Source: Salpingoeca rosetta (taxonomy: Eukaryota; Protista; Choanoflagellata). Taken from it: a stretch of 64,000 bases of DNA. The position numbers and the translations under genes were made by a program. Positions 19,716 through 45,262 of the stretch are shown in pieces. The stretch is from assembly GCA_033442325.1 (NCBI GenBank), contig JAWQFM010000011.1:717957-781956 (forward strand), read 5' to 3'. The notes beneath the pieces were generated by a model. That model was given only the letters and a program-made list of their open reading frames with translations, made no database searches and had not been told where the DNA came from. Every line of letters begins with the position of its first letter. Position 1 is the first letter of the stretch.

Positions 19716-20133
19716 ACCCAGGCACATGCCCGCCAGACACACAGTTGACCTGCTCCGTTGATGGGTTGATTTGTTTGTGTGTGTTGCGACTTGGTTCGTG
19801 TTGTTCCACAATTTCGTTTGTGGATGTTTGCTCGTGTTGCGCTTTACTTGTACACCATCCAATACAACAGTCGGAGGGAAATCAACACAACAGCAGGCGA
19901 GACCCGACGCCAGCGTGCTGTGACGTGAGCGCTGGCATCGCTGATCAGCAAGGGGGTTATTGGGGTCCATACACATCACATGAAATCATCACCATACAAC
20001 ACAACACACGCCCTCACCTGGCAACAGCAACAACAACGAAGGGGGGGGGGGCAAGTCAGCAGTGACAGCGACACCAGAAGCAGCGCGTGAAGTGCAGAGC
20101 AGAATCAAAGGGGGAACGAATGGTCGGTCCTCT

Positions 20134-23301
<3,168 letters not shown>

Positions 23302-23462
23302 CGTGCGAGGTGGTGGTGTGTTGCTGGCTGGTTGCTGGCACTGTGCAAAAGTGTGGGTGGTGGGGGTGTTGGCCTTTCGTGAACTGCACCTGCAATTTTC
23401 CATCAACAATCTGCATCGAATCAAAAGCCGATGAAAAGATAGTTGCTTTGCTGGCTGGTGCG

Positions 23463-23596
<134 letters not shown>

Positions 23597-24015
23597 GTGT
23601 GTGTGTGTGTGTGTGTCTGTGTGTGCGTGTGTGTCTGTGTGTGTCTGTGTGTGTGTGTCTGTGTGTCTGTGTGTGTGTGTCTGTGTGTCTCATTCTCGAT
23701 CCCTGTCTCCATCTCTCGAACCCCCGCCCCTCCTTTCTGTTCCCGTTCAAGAGACAACGAGAACTCGCCAGGTGTAAGGGGTCAGCAAACGATTAACAAC
23801 GCTACAGATGAACAAAGCAAGCCAGGAAAACAAGGCAGAAAAAGCAAGAAAGAAAGAAAAGAACGTAATGCAATCAACAGGAAACGAAGCAGCAGGTGTC
23901 AGCAACAACCAACCATACATGGATGGCAATGGCAAGCAGGCAAGACGGCACAAACCACAAAGTGCCGTGGCATTGCCGCGGTGTCGGGTCTGTGTTCCGT
24001 TGCCTCAACCGCCAA

Positions 24016-33590
<9,575 letters not shown>

Positions 33591-34133
33591 CACGACTGCT
33601 GGCCTTTGTCCAAGTGGTGGGGGAAAATAAGTCGTCACATCACAATGATCTGTGATTCCATGCATGATTATAAAAGTTGGTCATCTTCCAATTTATGCTG
33701 TCGCAAACGACACTCGCTGGCATCATCTGTTGGTTGGTCCTTGCTTGCTTGCTTGTTGCTGTGGTTGGTGCTGGCTGGTGGTTGGTGTTGGCGGGAAAAC
33801 CAAGCTTGTGCACTGGCCTGCGTGAATGTGCACATGTGTGTGTGTGTGTGTGCGTGTGTGTGCGCGTGTGTGCGCGTGTGTGATTGTACACGCACGAGCT
33901 CACTGCTTCTTCTTTCTTTTCGCTCTTCTTTCTCTCTCTGTCTCTCTCTGTCTCTCTCTCCCTCTCTCCCTCGCTCTTTTTGCTTGGTTGTTACTTTCTC
34001 TTTGCTATCGTCTGTTTCACTGTTCCCATCCATCGCAGCAGTAGGGACAAAACTGTGAGAGTCAGGCGGCCGTGGGCTTGCTGGCATTCACCTGGTGCCC
34101 TTAGCACTGAAAACCCACCGTGAGCCCGCCAAG
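33591..34133. promoter_or_regulatory. Putative bidirectional promoter
   Basis: ~540 bp between divergent inferred start codons (33590 minus, 34134 plus). Confidence 0.4.
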
Positions 34134-37100
34134 ATGGCACACCCTACAAGGTCAGCACACACAACACACACAACACACACACACAACACCACAAGCGCCC
34201 TCCCTTGATCCACCCTTCCCCTCGTACGCCTCCTCCCCCCCCCCGCTCGTACCAGCTGCCATCGCTTGGGGTTTCCCGCCACCTCACCCATACGCTTTGC
34301 TCCCTCCACAAACCCGCACTCCGCACACTCCGCACACTCCGCGCACTCCTCGGCTTTGGCTTGCAGCTTCATCCACGAAATTTGCACACAGAACATGCGC
34401 CCGTTCCCCTCCCATTCGTTCTCGATGGCCAGCGAAGGCGGCTTCGTATGCAAGGTATGCATTCGCCCCCCTCCCCTTTTCCCGCCCTGTTTTGGCACCC
34501 ACTCGCGCACCCACCGCTATATTCGGCCGGGCACTTGCTTGCATGCATTTTCGCAGCGATTCCTCTGTGGCCGTGCTTTCGTTCCCTGACTGCTTGTTTT
34601 CACACAATATGCCCTTGTGTATGTGTATGTATGTCTATATGTGTGTATGTATGTGTGCATGTGTGTGTCTGTGTGTATGTATGTGTGCATGTGTGTGTAT
34701 GCATGTGTCTGTGTGTCTGTGTGCACTGTCGTATTCACCGCCACCACCACCAACTGCTGCCACCACCAACTGCTGCCACCACCAACTGCTGCCACCACCA
34801 CCGCCAACTGCCAGTGTGTCTTGTTTGATGAGTTTGAGTTTGTGGGGCACGCGCGCAACAAAAAGGCCGCCAAAGCTGAGGCCTTCTTCAAGGCCTGGAA
34901 AGCCATCACCAACCGCGACCAGTTTGTGCAGGACCTGCCAAAGCCTCCATTTCACATTGTGATTCAGCGCCTCCGCGACGCAGTTGCAGGCGGTCAGCAC
35001 CAGCAACGCCAGCAGCACCAGCGCCCGCAGGGCGAACACGAGGCAGCAGCATCCCATCACCACCTACCCCACGGCCCACAACAGCACCATCCTCAACACC
35101 AACAACAGCAGCACATGCAGCACGACCCGCCTTTGCATCACGGCCACCAGCCTGTTCATCACTACCACCGCCAACAACAACCAGCCCACGAACGATCCGC
35201 GCAGCCATACGCCAGCCATAACAGCAGCAGCACCACCACCACCGGCACTGGCAGCAACAGCAGCAACGTCATAAACCAGGCACTACCCTCTTCTTCCACC
35301 CATTCACACCACTCTGGTGGCTACTTCAACCCAGCAGTGTCGTCAGCGTCAGCATCAGTACCGCCACCAACGTTACCGCAACAACTGACCGTGCCAGTCA
35401 GCTCCCCATCCTCATCCTCGTTCACAACTACCCCGCCCACTGCCCCACCTGCCCCAGCAACCACGCCAGCGTCGGCTGCAACAAGTACGGTCTCAGAACT
35501 GGCCACGCCCTCGCCGCCCAGCGTCCGCCCACCTGTTCCCTTGTCACATGAACCAGGCAGTGTTGCCCATCTCGTGACGCAGACCAACCCCGTATCTGTC
35601 CTCAACCAAACCTGCAGCCAGTTTGCGCTCCCCCTCCCCGTGTTCAGCGCAGACAACAGCGAGGTCACCCTGTATGACGGGTACACGGTGCGCCTCTCCA
35701 TCATCCAGAACAAGAAGACCACCAAGCGCTACACCGCTCTGGTTGCCCTGGAATACCTGCACGAGAAGCTGGGCCTGGGCCTCGTCCCAACCTCCGCATA
35801 CGCATGGGTTGCCACGTCGTACCTGCCCGGCGCCACCTCCGACGCGCGCGCCGCCCTGCCAACAAGCAGCTCCACCTCGGAGACGTGGCCGCGCGTGCCC
35901 ACCAGCACTGCCACATCAGCTGCCACGACCGGCCCCGTCACCAGCATGGCCAGCAGCGGCAGCACCACCAGCGCCTTCTCTGGCAGCGCCTTTACGGGCA
36001 GCACCTACAGCATGGGCATGGCCCCACAGCCGTTTGTGTCTGCTGCCTGCGGGTCCTTCCGCAACCCGGACGTGTACGACGTCACCGCAGACTCTGCGCA
36101 GTTCTCTGTGGCGGTGCAGCCGCTGCAGCCCACCACGCTCGCCAGCGCCAGCGCTGCCGTGGCATCCTGGGCACGCGATGTGCCGGGCTTGCTTGCGCGC
36201 CACCGGTTCTCACGCTTCAACCATGCCACCTACGCCTCCTCCGACAGCAGCTACCTCAACGCCATCCTCACCTCTATCAAGAGCGACAACTTCCTCGTCT
36301 TTGTTGAGTCGTTCTCCATGCGCGTGCATGTGGCCGGCCGGCTTCTCCGCCACCTCATCTCCACGGTTCGTCTGGCTGTGGGGCTGGAGCTGCGTGCTCG
36401 CTGGTCTCGCGTGCGATTGTTTGGGTCGTGGTTGATTGGGCTTTGATTGATCGGGCTCTGCTTGGTTGGTTGGCAAGCTAGTTGGGCAAGTAACTGCTGC
36501 TGTTTTGGTTCTATTGGACAACATCACGTTTGCGTGCCACACGCCCACACCGCATCGCGCGCGCACACACACACACATACACACACATACACACATACTC
36601 ACGCATGCACACACAAATTGTGTGTGTGTGTGTTGTTCTGCCTCCGTCATTGATGCAGGCCGGGCCAGAGCGGATGTACCGCCACCCCACGGATCCCAAA
36701 GACGATGCCACGTCCCATCAACCGTTCTCAAAACGAGCACGATTCCGTTAGTGTGTGCGTGTGTCTGTGTCCGTGTGTCTCTGTGTCTCTGTGTACATGT
36801 CTGTGCATATGTGTGCAATACTGTCAGTTTGCAGCAAATGTTACGTATGTCGACATCAGACCCGCATCTGCACTCATTTTTGCTCACAACGCACACGCAC
36901 ATACGCACAACCCCGAACCCTCCACCACGAAACAACACAAACTATTTTGAAGAATCCATTGGGTGGACTTCCCGGTTCACCTCGGATGATGACCGCAGGG
37001 ACCAGCAACAGACACACGCGCGCATCCCGGAACCCGTTTCAAGCGACCAAGTAGCGCTTTATGTGGTGTCGTCGGAGGCGTATGCACTGAAGGTGGCGAG

Positions 37101-40100
37101 CGTGCTTGGTGCCGTGGAAGGTCTCGGCTGCTGCGTTCCAGACAGCGCCCAGGTGTACGACGCGCAGGTGGATGTCAATGCCTGGCGGCGCCGACTGCAG
37201 CGTGCAGACGTGCTCATCTGCACGCCGACCACGCTCGTGCTGCTGCTCAAGGCACCGCACCTGCTTGCGTTTTGGCCCACGCCGGACCCCACCACAACCA
37301 GCGGCCACGGGGGGCAAGGCGTCGCGATGCCGCATGCACAGGCGCCGCCAGCACCTGCGATGCCAAAACCAATGACCATCCAGGCGCTCATCTTCGACTT
37401 TGATGCGCAGCTGGCAGAGGACCCCCACCTGGGCGAGGTCCTGGACATGTACAGGAAGCCGGACCGAGACAACCCGATTGCCGTGTGTGGCATCACGTCT
37501 GCGCCCTTGCACCCTGGCGCACGCAACCTGTTCTCCAGCTTGGACGACCTGACCGTGCGCACCAACAGCTACCCGCTGCGCGCCTTTGTCGCGCCGCCCA
37601 TGCCGGGCCCGCTCTTCCACGAGCAGCTGTGCAGCTGCGTGCCGTGCACGTACGACGACCGCCCTGCGGCTCTCAACGACCTCTTGCGCAATGCCGTCGG
37701 CGCCGCGGCGGCCGCACACAGCGGCTGGCAGGCCAAGCTGGAGCTGCAGGTGCAACGACTCCGCACGCTGTTCCCGCACGCAGACAGCGCCCACGCCTTG
37801 ATTATCCACCGCCGCTTGCAACGCGCCGCGCTGCGCATTCGCCTGTGCGAGATGATCGAACTTGTGGGCACAGAGTACGGCTTGTTCTGCACCCGCATGT
37901 TGTGGCGCCAAGCAGAGCGCCTTCTCGACGAGTTATCCTGCGATGACGCAGAGGAGCCCCTCTACTCCTCGTTTCTCAGCAGCTTCCACCCGCCTTCCTC
38001 AACCTCCTCAGTAACAACGGCGGCGGCTACAGCAGCAACAGCAGCCTCGCGACAACCCCACCATGGACAACAACAACTCCACCCTGCCCTGCGCAACCAG
38101 GGCAGAAGAGCACCTGCAGTGCAGGACCCGCGGCTGGCCCTGATGAAACGCCTGGGTCGGCAGCAGCAGCAGCAACAGCAACAGCAGCCCAACAGCGTGG
38201 AAGAAGAGGCCAAAGTAGAGGACGAAGGGTCGCTCTGGCCGCCCATCCCCCACTTGTCGTCTTCCGCATCATCTGCAGCAGCAGTACCACCGCATGGCAG
38301 GTCGTTTGATGCGCCAGCAATGACTGCGCCACCAGCAAACGAAGCGCAGCGCACGCAGTGGCTCAACCAGCACTTTCCGTGGCTGGATTCCATGCCACTG
38401 CTGTACGATGACGAGGAGCTGTATGCGCAGCTGTGGTATGCTGACGGCAGCGGCCAGCACGGTGTCATTTCCGAGGACTTTGAGATGGATGAACCCGCGT
38501 CCACGGACACCAAGCCATCGGCAGGCAGCCCCGTTTCCCCCAGGCTGACCGTGGCGCTGAAACTGCTGCAGGCTGCGCGTACCGAGCACACGCGCGTGAC
38601 GCTCGTCCTGCCGAACCAGTTTGGGGTCAACACCATCGCAGCCCTCTTGCAGCAGCGGCTCGCCACCACGGCAACGGCAGCTGAAGAAGACGCCCGCCCC
38701 GCCATCATCGCCGTGCCCACAGCCGCCAGCGCAAGGGTGCTGGTCCACTCCACCGCCGCCGCCGTGGCCACACCCTCCATCGGTGGCCACGGCAGCCGCG
38801 CAGCCCTTGCACCGCCGCTCACACCGCTCACGCGCCGCGTTCACCAGGCCAACCGGTGCTTTGCGGCCATGGCACGCGACGTGGAGCGCAGCGTGAAGAA
38901 GGCGTGGGAGGCCGACGACTTTATCATTGTCACCACCATCGATGCCCTGCCCACGGTGCCGCAGGCCACACTTGTGATCAGCCTCGCCGATGTGACCTCG
39001 GTGGACGCGTATGCAGCGGTTGCTGCGGCGTGTGTGCCCATGGCTGGCGCTGTTGTTCACGTGGTGCCGGACGACGCGCACACGCAGCAGCTCTTCAACA
39101 GCACACGCACCACGTACCTTGAGCTCCGCCACTACTTCAACCTCTTTGCAGGGGTGCCGGCGGAAATGGCCGCTGACGCAGCGTCCACGGGCAAGCCCTC
39201 GTCTTCCAGCACGGCTGATGGCACAGGCGCAGTTGGTGCTTCGTCGACATCACAAGCAGCGTCGTCGTCGTCACCACAGGCAGCGTCGGCAGCAACGGGA
39301 ACCTCGACAACGTTGGCTGTTGCCAACCCCAACCACATTGCCTTGGATGAGCAAGAGTTGACGGGCCTGGAGCAGCTCAACCAGCTGTGTCTGCGCCTTG
39401 ACTTTGGCTCTGGTGCGCGGCGTTCCCAGCTGCCCTTCTACACGGTGCAGGGACACACGTCGAAGCAGTTTGTTGCCGCGGCACACCTTCCACCGGCGCT
39501 GTCCGCCTTTGACAACCAGGACCTTGGGTACGAGCCCACGAATGCCTTGGAGAAGGTAGCCACGCGCTGCGTGCGCGCTCTCGAAGGTCACGGCTACTTT
39601 GACGCCATTGGCACACCGCAGATTGGCCTGAGTGCCCACCACCCCGCTGGGCTGCTGGCATATGCGCGCATGGCAGATGTGGCGCGTGGCCGGCGGGCGC
39701 TGCTCACCAGCCGCTACGACGCCACACGGGACTCGCCGTTCCCATCCACGGTCCTCATCAAGCAGGATGCTTCAGAAGAGTGCAAAGCCTTGGCACCACA
39801 GGCGACGGACAGGGCTGAGGAGCGCTGTGCGCGTGGAATGCCAAGGTGCCTGTCGGCGTCGCCCCACTCGTTTACAGTGGGCGACGGCCACAACGGCAAC
39901 AAATCCAGCACTGCTGGCCAAGCAGACAACGATGCCATGATCAACGGTGGCGATTCCGAGAGCACAGAGGACGCGGTCGTGCTGCACCTGCACAGCTTCC
40001 GAATTCGGCCCGTGGAGAAGTTCAACCGAGACCCGTTGAACAACTTTGACAACTTCCATGCGAACCGCGTGCTGCAATCGCTGGTGTACAGCGGGCCCTT

Positions 40101-42881
40101 GCCGCGGCTTGAGGAGCACGGCTACGAGGCGCTGGCGCCGTCGAGCGACGCTGAGGTCACGCAGGTGCCCGACATGACCGAGTTCACTTGTGGGCTGCTT
40201 GCCCCGCGCCCAATCTTGCGGAAACGCGCCAATCAGCAACCTGGGCGGCAGCACAAGCAGCAGGCCCAGGATGACTTCAGGGTGTTGCTCAACGCCGGCC
40301 TTTGCGGCAGCTTGAGGTACGTGGATCAGGTGGAGGTGTCACCGCAGCAGCTGGCCAAGTTTGCGTCATATCACCGTGAGTGCATGCGCACGGTGGCCCC
40401 TGCCGCCAGCACGGCAGCGCCGTCAGCGGCAACGCCAGCGTACATGTACTGCCCCCTGACCACGCACGGAGAGCAGTCCGTGGTGGCGTGGGGCCAGCTG
40501 CTGTCGAGCAGCAGCAGCAACCCGACATCGCTGCTTGAGGTGTCCATTGAGCACACAACGGGCCGGCTTGTTGCCTTCAAGGACAATGCCAGATCGCCTT
40601 CGTTTATTCTGCTTGGCAAAGACACGACGACGGAAGACGTCGGGGGGAGCCGTCACAAGGGCACGGAAGTTGGTGGCGGTGATGGTGGCGACAGTGAGGA
40701 TGGGAGCAGCCGTGCAGCGAAAGACTTTGCCGTGCTTGTTGTGCGCAGCCAGGACTATATCGCACACCGTGAAGCGGCGCCACGGTTCTCCATTTCGGCG
40801 TCGAAGCTGGTGTTCCTGCCCTACTCGCGAGAGGCGTGCATGTTCCCTGTCTTCGCCAGCAGCCTGGAGTGTGCACTGCTGCACAGGGAGGGCGTGCGCG
40901 TTGTGATGGAGGGGTCCCCACTGCAGTTTTCCGGGTCCGTGTCCCCGTTTGCTTGGAGCCGCCACCACAAGCACCTCAACCCGATTGCCTCCATGCTGAC
41001 GTCGTCCACACTCGGCTGCATTGGTGCAGAGCACCTAGCCATGCTTGGGGATGCGTATCTTCAGTTTGCTGCCGCTGTGCACCTCTACCTCAAGTACCCA
41101 TCGCGTGCTGTTGGCCCGATGTGCGCCCAAATCGCCTGGCTGCGCTCTGATGGATACCTCTCCAAGCGCTCTCAGGAGCTCGGTTTTCCCTTTCTCAAGT
41201 GCGTTTATGGGGGGAGGGGGAGGAGGAGTGACATTTGTTCGTGTGTGTGTGTGTGTGTTTGTGTGTGTGTTGTGTGTCTGTGTGTGTCTGTGTGTTGTGT
41301 GTGTCTGTGTGTGTGTTGTGTGTGTGTGTGTGTTTGTGTGTGTGTGTCTGTGTGTGTGTGTCTGTGTTTGTGTGTCTGTGTTTGTGTGTGTGTGTGTGTG
41401 TAGAGGGGGGTGTCGCGCATCAGTCAATTTGACATGCGTGTCTGTGCTGCTGCTTGTGTTGCTGCTCACACATTGCGTCTACGTGTGTTGGGAGAAGGTA
41501 TTTTGTGCCGTCCGTGCCCAAGTTCGAGGAGTGGGTGCCACCAGGATGGAAGCGGGCGCCTGATGTGGATGCGGTCGCGGCGCGAGCCCTGCTGGTGCGC
41601 GCATGGCTCGGCCTGCTGCATGTGGGCATGGCCAACCCGCACGGCAAAGGCCAGCGCTTTCACAGCAAGCTACACCAGGTGCTGCATGACTTCCTTCATG
41701 GCCTTGGCATTGCTTCTCGTCTCCCAGACAACGTCGGGCCACACGCGGTACGTCACACGTGTGTGTGTTGGCAAATCCATCACAACCAACAGGGCATTGC
41801 GTTGTTGTTGTTGTTGTTTAAGTTGTTGTTTAAGTTGTTGTTTAAGTTGTTGTTGTTGTTTAAGTTGTTGTTGTTGTTGTTGTTGTTTAAGTTGTTGTTG
41901 TTGCTGTTGTTTAAGTTGTTGTTGTTGTTGTTGTTGTTTAAGTTGTTGTTGTTGCTGTTGTTTAAGTTGTTGTTGTTGCTGTTGTTTAAGTTGTTGTTGT
42001 TGTTGTGATGTACAATCGTGGCGCTTTGTGTCTTCCTGCACGCCGCACAATGTGGGGTATAATGAGATGTGCTCTGTGTTTGGTGTGCAGATGCAATACG
42101 ACATGGCGCATCGCCGCTCCCGCGAAAAGATGCAGACCACGGTCCAGCATTACTGGCCAGTGATTGCGCCGCTTGCAGTAAGCTCCCTTGATGGTGTTGG
42201 AACTGCTGCTATTGCCGCCATGCGTGGCACATGTTACCCGCGCAACCAATTGTGCATCAGTTACAGCCTCATAACACCAACCACGCTGCTTGCCTGTTTG
42301 ACATTTTGGGGTTGCAGGAACATCTTGGGTTTACTGGCCCATCGTGCAACCGCGCCCTTCTTCTCGAGGCGCTGACCCACCGCTCTTTCTTGGTTCGTCG
42401 CTGTTGTACTTCGTCTGTCTGTCTGGCTGATTGGTTGGTTGGTTGTGTGTGTGTGTGTGTGGTTGTGTGTGTGTGTGTGTTTGGGTTTGTTTGTTCGCGC
42501 GTATGTGTGTGTTTGTGTGTGCGTGCGTGTGCGCGTGCGTGTGCGCGTGCGTGTGCGCGTGCGTGTGCGTGTGTGTCCTTTTTTTTTCTTTGGCAATCAA
42601 GAGGATTGCGCATGCCCACGTCACCCGCATGACACCAACCATTCTCCACCACACGCTATGCAGAACAACCAGCTCGGCAACAACGAGAAGCTGGCGTTGA
42701 TTGGGCGGCTATGCGTTCGCCTACTGTGCATTGACAAGTTTGTGCAAACCCAGGACAACGCCCCTTCCGTCTCCTCATGGGACGATATCTGGTTGGAAAT
42801 GAACACCTTGCCGTATGCCTGTGTGTGTGTGTGTGTGTGTGTGCGTGCGTGTGTGGTTGGAAATGAACACCTTGCCGTATG

Positions 42882-42915
<34 letters not shown>

Positions 42916-44586
42916 GGGGATGCTGGTTTACACGCTTTTTGCTTGGACCACACAAGCACACGCGCTTGCATCGCTGAGCCCTCACAAACACACACGCACA
43001 CACTGACTTGATGCCCGCTGTTTGTTTGTGTGCGCAGCGATGAGGTTGTCTCGACAGAGCTGCTGGTGCAGAAGGCGGTGGACATGTTTGGGATGCTGCC
43101 ATACATTCTGCACGACAGCGGAGAGTTTGCGGAGCTGGCTGCTAGCTGCGCACACGCTGTTCGCCACCGCTTGCCCCTGCCGGCCGGCGCAGAGGTTGGT
43201 CATGTGTGCTGCTGCTGTTCCTTGCTCCAAACTTGTTTGTGAGCCATGTTCTGCCTACACCGCTCCTGTCACTCACGCACGCACGCACTCACTCACTCAC
43301 TCACTCACTCACTCACTCACTCACTCACTCACTCACTCACTCACTCACTCACTCACCCACTCACTCACCCACTCACGCACGCTCACTCACTCACTCACGC
43401 ACGCACGCTCACTCACTCACTCACTCACTCACTCACGTATGCACGCACATTTCAATGCAATGCCTGCTTTTGGCAGGAGGTGGCGTCGTTTACGCTGTCG
43501 GTGTTTGGCGCCGTGTTTATGCACTATGGTCTTGATGGGCTTGCTGAGCGATGGAGGTTTGAGGGCTTGCCCACAGTGCAAGAGACTGCGAGCAAGAAAG
43601 CCAACATGGTCGCGGCAGTGCGAGACGCTACGCTCGACACGAAGCTGCACTGCATCTTCCACGCGGAGCCGCGTCCAGACGGGCGGGTGGATGGCGTGTG
43701 CATCCTGATTCACAAGAAGACCCTGCGACGCAGCGAGATTGTGCGCGCAACAGCGGACACGCGCGAGGACGCAATTGTTGCCGCTGCTAGGATGCTCAAC
43801 GCGAACCAAACCTTGCTCTGGTCGACGCTGAGCGAGCTTGGCAAGTACTTGCCGCCGCTGAAGAAGAGGAAGCCAAAAACGGCACCTTCGAGCGTTGGTG
43901 GGCATTACAACTCTGCCGCTGCCAACACCGGAGCAGCAGCCGTCACGGTCATGGATACTCAAGGCGATGGTGACGTGAGTACACCCAATGCAGGTCCGCC
44001 TCAGCGGCGGCAGCAGAGTGATGATGAAGAGAGGAACAGGGGAGGGGAGAGGGAAGTAGGGCAGCCACAACAGCAACAGCAACAACAACAGGTGCAGTCA
44101 CAACAGCAAGATATCGAGATGAAGACAGAGGATGATGATGATGGTGCCTGTTATGACCTTGTGCGAGGGAGCGTGCCCTCGCCACAACCCAGCGGCACCA
44201 CTTCCCAGCCGTTCGCATCGTTTTGGGCTCCCATGTCACCCCTGCCGCCGCAACAGCAGGTTCCGGCCATACCAACAGTGGCACAGTACCAGGAGCACGC
44301 GAGCACGCCGTTTCCCCCTTCTCCGCCACCGCCGCCGCCGCCACCATCAAAGGCACACGAGAGAGCGCAAGAACAAGTGGGGCCGGGTGCCAGCGGCAAT
44401 GGCCGTACTGACGATGCTGACGATGAGGAAGAGGAGGCCATTGCAGAGGACGATCATGATGAACCGCGGCGCACGGCAGGGCAGCAGGTGGTTGGCTCCG
44501 GCCGCACAGACCGCGGTGCCGTTCAGCAGCAGGAACAAGGTGCTGCTGATTCCGAAGAGGAGGCTGTTGCCGACGACGAGAATGAT

Positions 44587-44626
<40 letters not shown>

Positions 44627-44898
44627 CAGAGGTGCGTGAGACTACTATTGGTGAAGATGAGGATGAGGAAGAACCGGTTGCAGATGAGGAGGATGAGGAG
44701 GAGGCAGAGGTAATTGCTGATGCCGGTGATGATGAGAGCCATGTCACCGACACACACACGCAGCCGCCACAACCTGCGGGACAAGAGACCGTTCTGGTTC
44801 AGCAACCCACAGCCATGCCTCCACCACCCTTGACAACCCCGCCAGCTGCTGCCGCTGTAAACACAGAGGACGAAGAAGAGGAAGTTGCAGAAGACTAG
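34134..44898 (+). CDS. Highly divergent Dicer-like protein: dsRBD-dsRBD-degenerate helicase-DUF283-(platform/PAZ?)-RNase IIIa-RNase IIIb-dsRBD?-acidic tail
   Basis: Spliced dsRBD1 HPTSFIHEICTQ..FVCKCVL..GHARNKKAAKAEA; dsRBD2 NPVSVLNQTCSQ..NKKTTKRYTALVAL; helicase DVLICTP, LIFDFDA, VCGITSAP; DUF283 LNQLCLRL..PFY..FVAAAHLP; RIIIa EHLAMLGDAYLQFAAAVHLYLKYP; RIIIb LLLEALTHRSF..NNEKLALIG..SVFGAVFMHYG. Confidence 0.8.
41801..42006 (+). repeat. Intronic (TTG)nTTTAAG minisatellite
   Basis: Direct observation. Confidence 0.9.
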
Positions 44899-44914
44899 CT
44901 GCGTGCGTGCGTGC

Positions 44915-45031
<117 letters not shown>

Positions 45032-45262
45032 CTAAGGGCATGGCGCCAAAAGGTATAATACACTTGCTGCATCCATTCAAATGTATTGGTAACAGTTACA
45101 AACAAAACAAACAGGCAAACTTCATGGGCGAGGTGGCATCTCATACACACAGGGGCAAGCATGCACACACACACACACAGGCAAGCATGCACACACACAC
45201 ACACACACACACACATGCTTAGCGGAGGCACAAGAGAGAAGTGAAAGCAACAACTAGCATCG

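Noticed and set aside
42789-42913. Duplicated exon end and donor in the Dicer-like gene
   Set aside because: Short slippage or assembly duplicate beside (GT)n; no evidence of use
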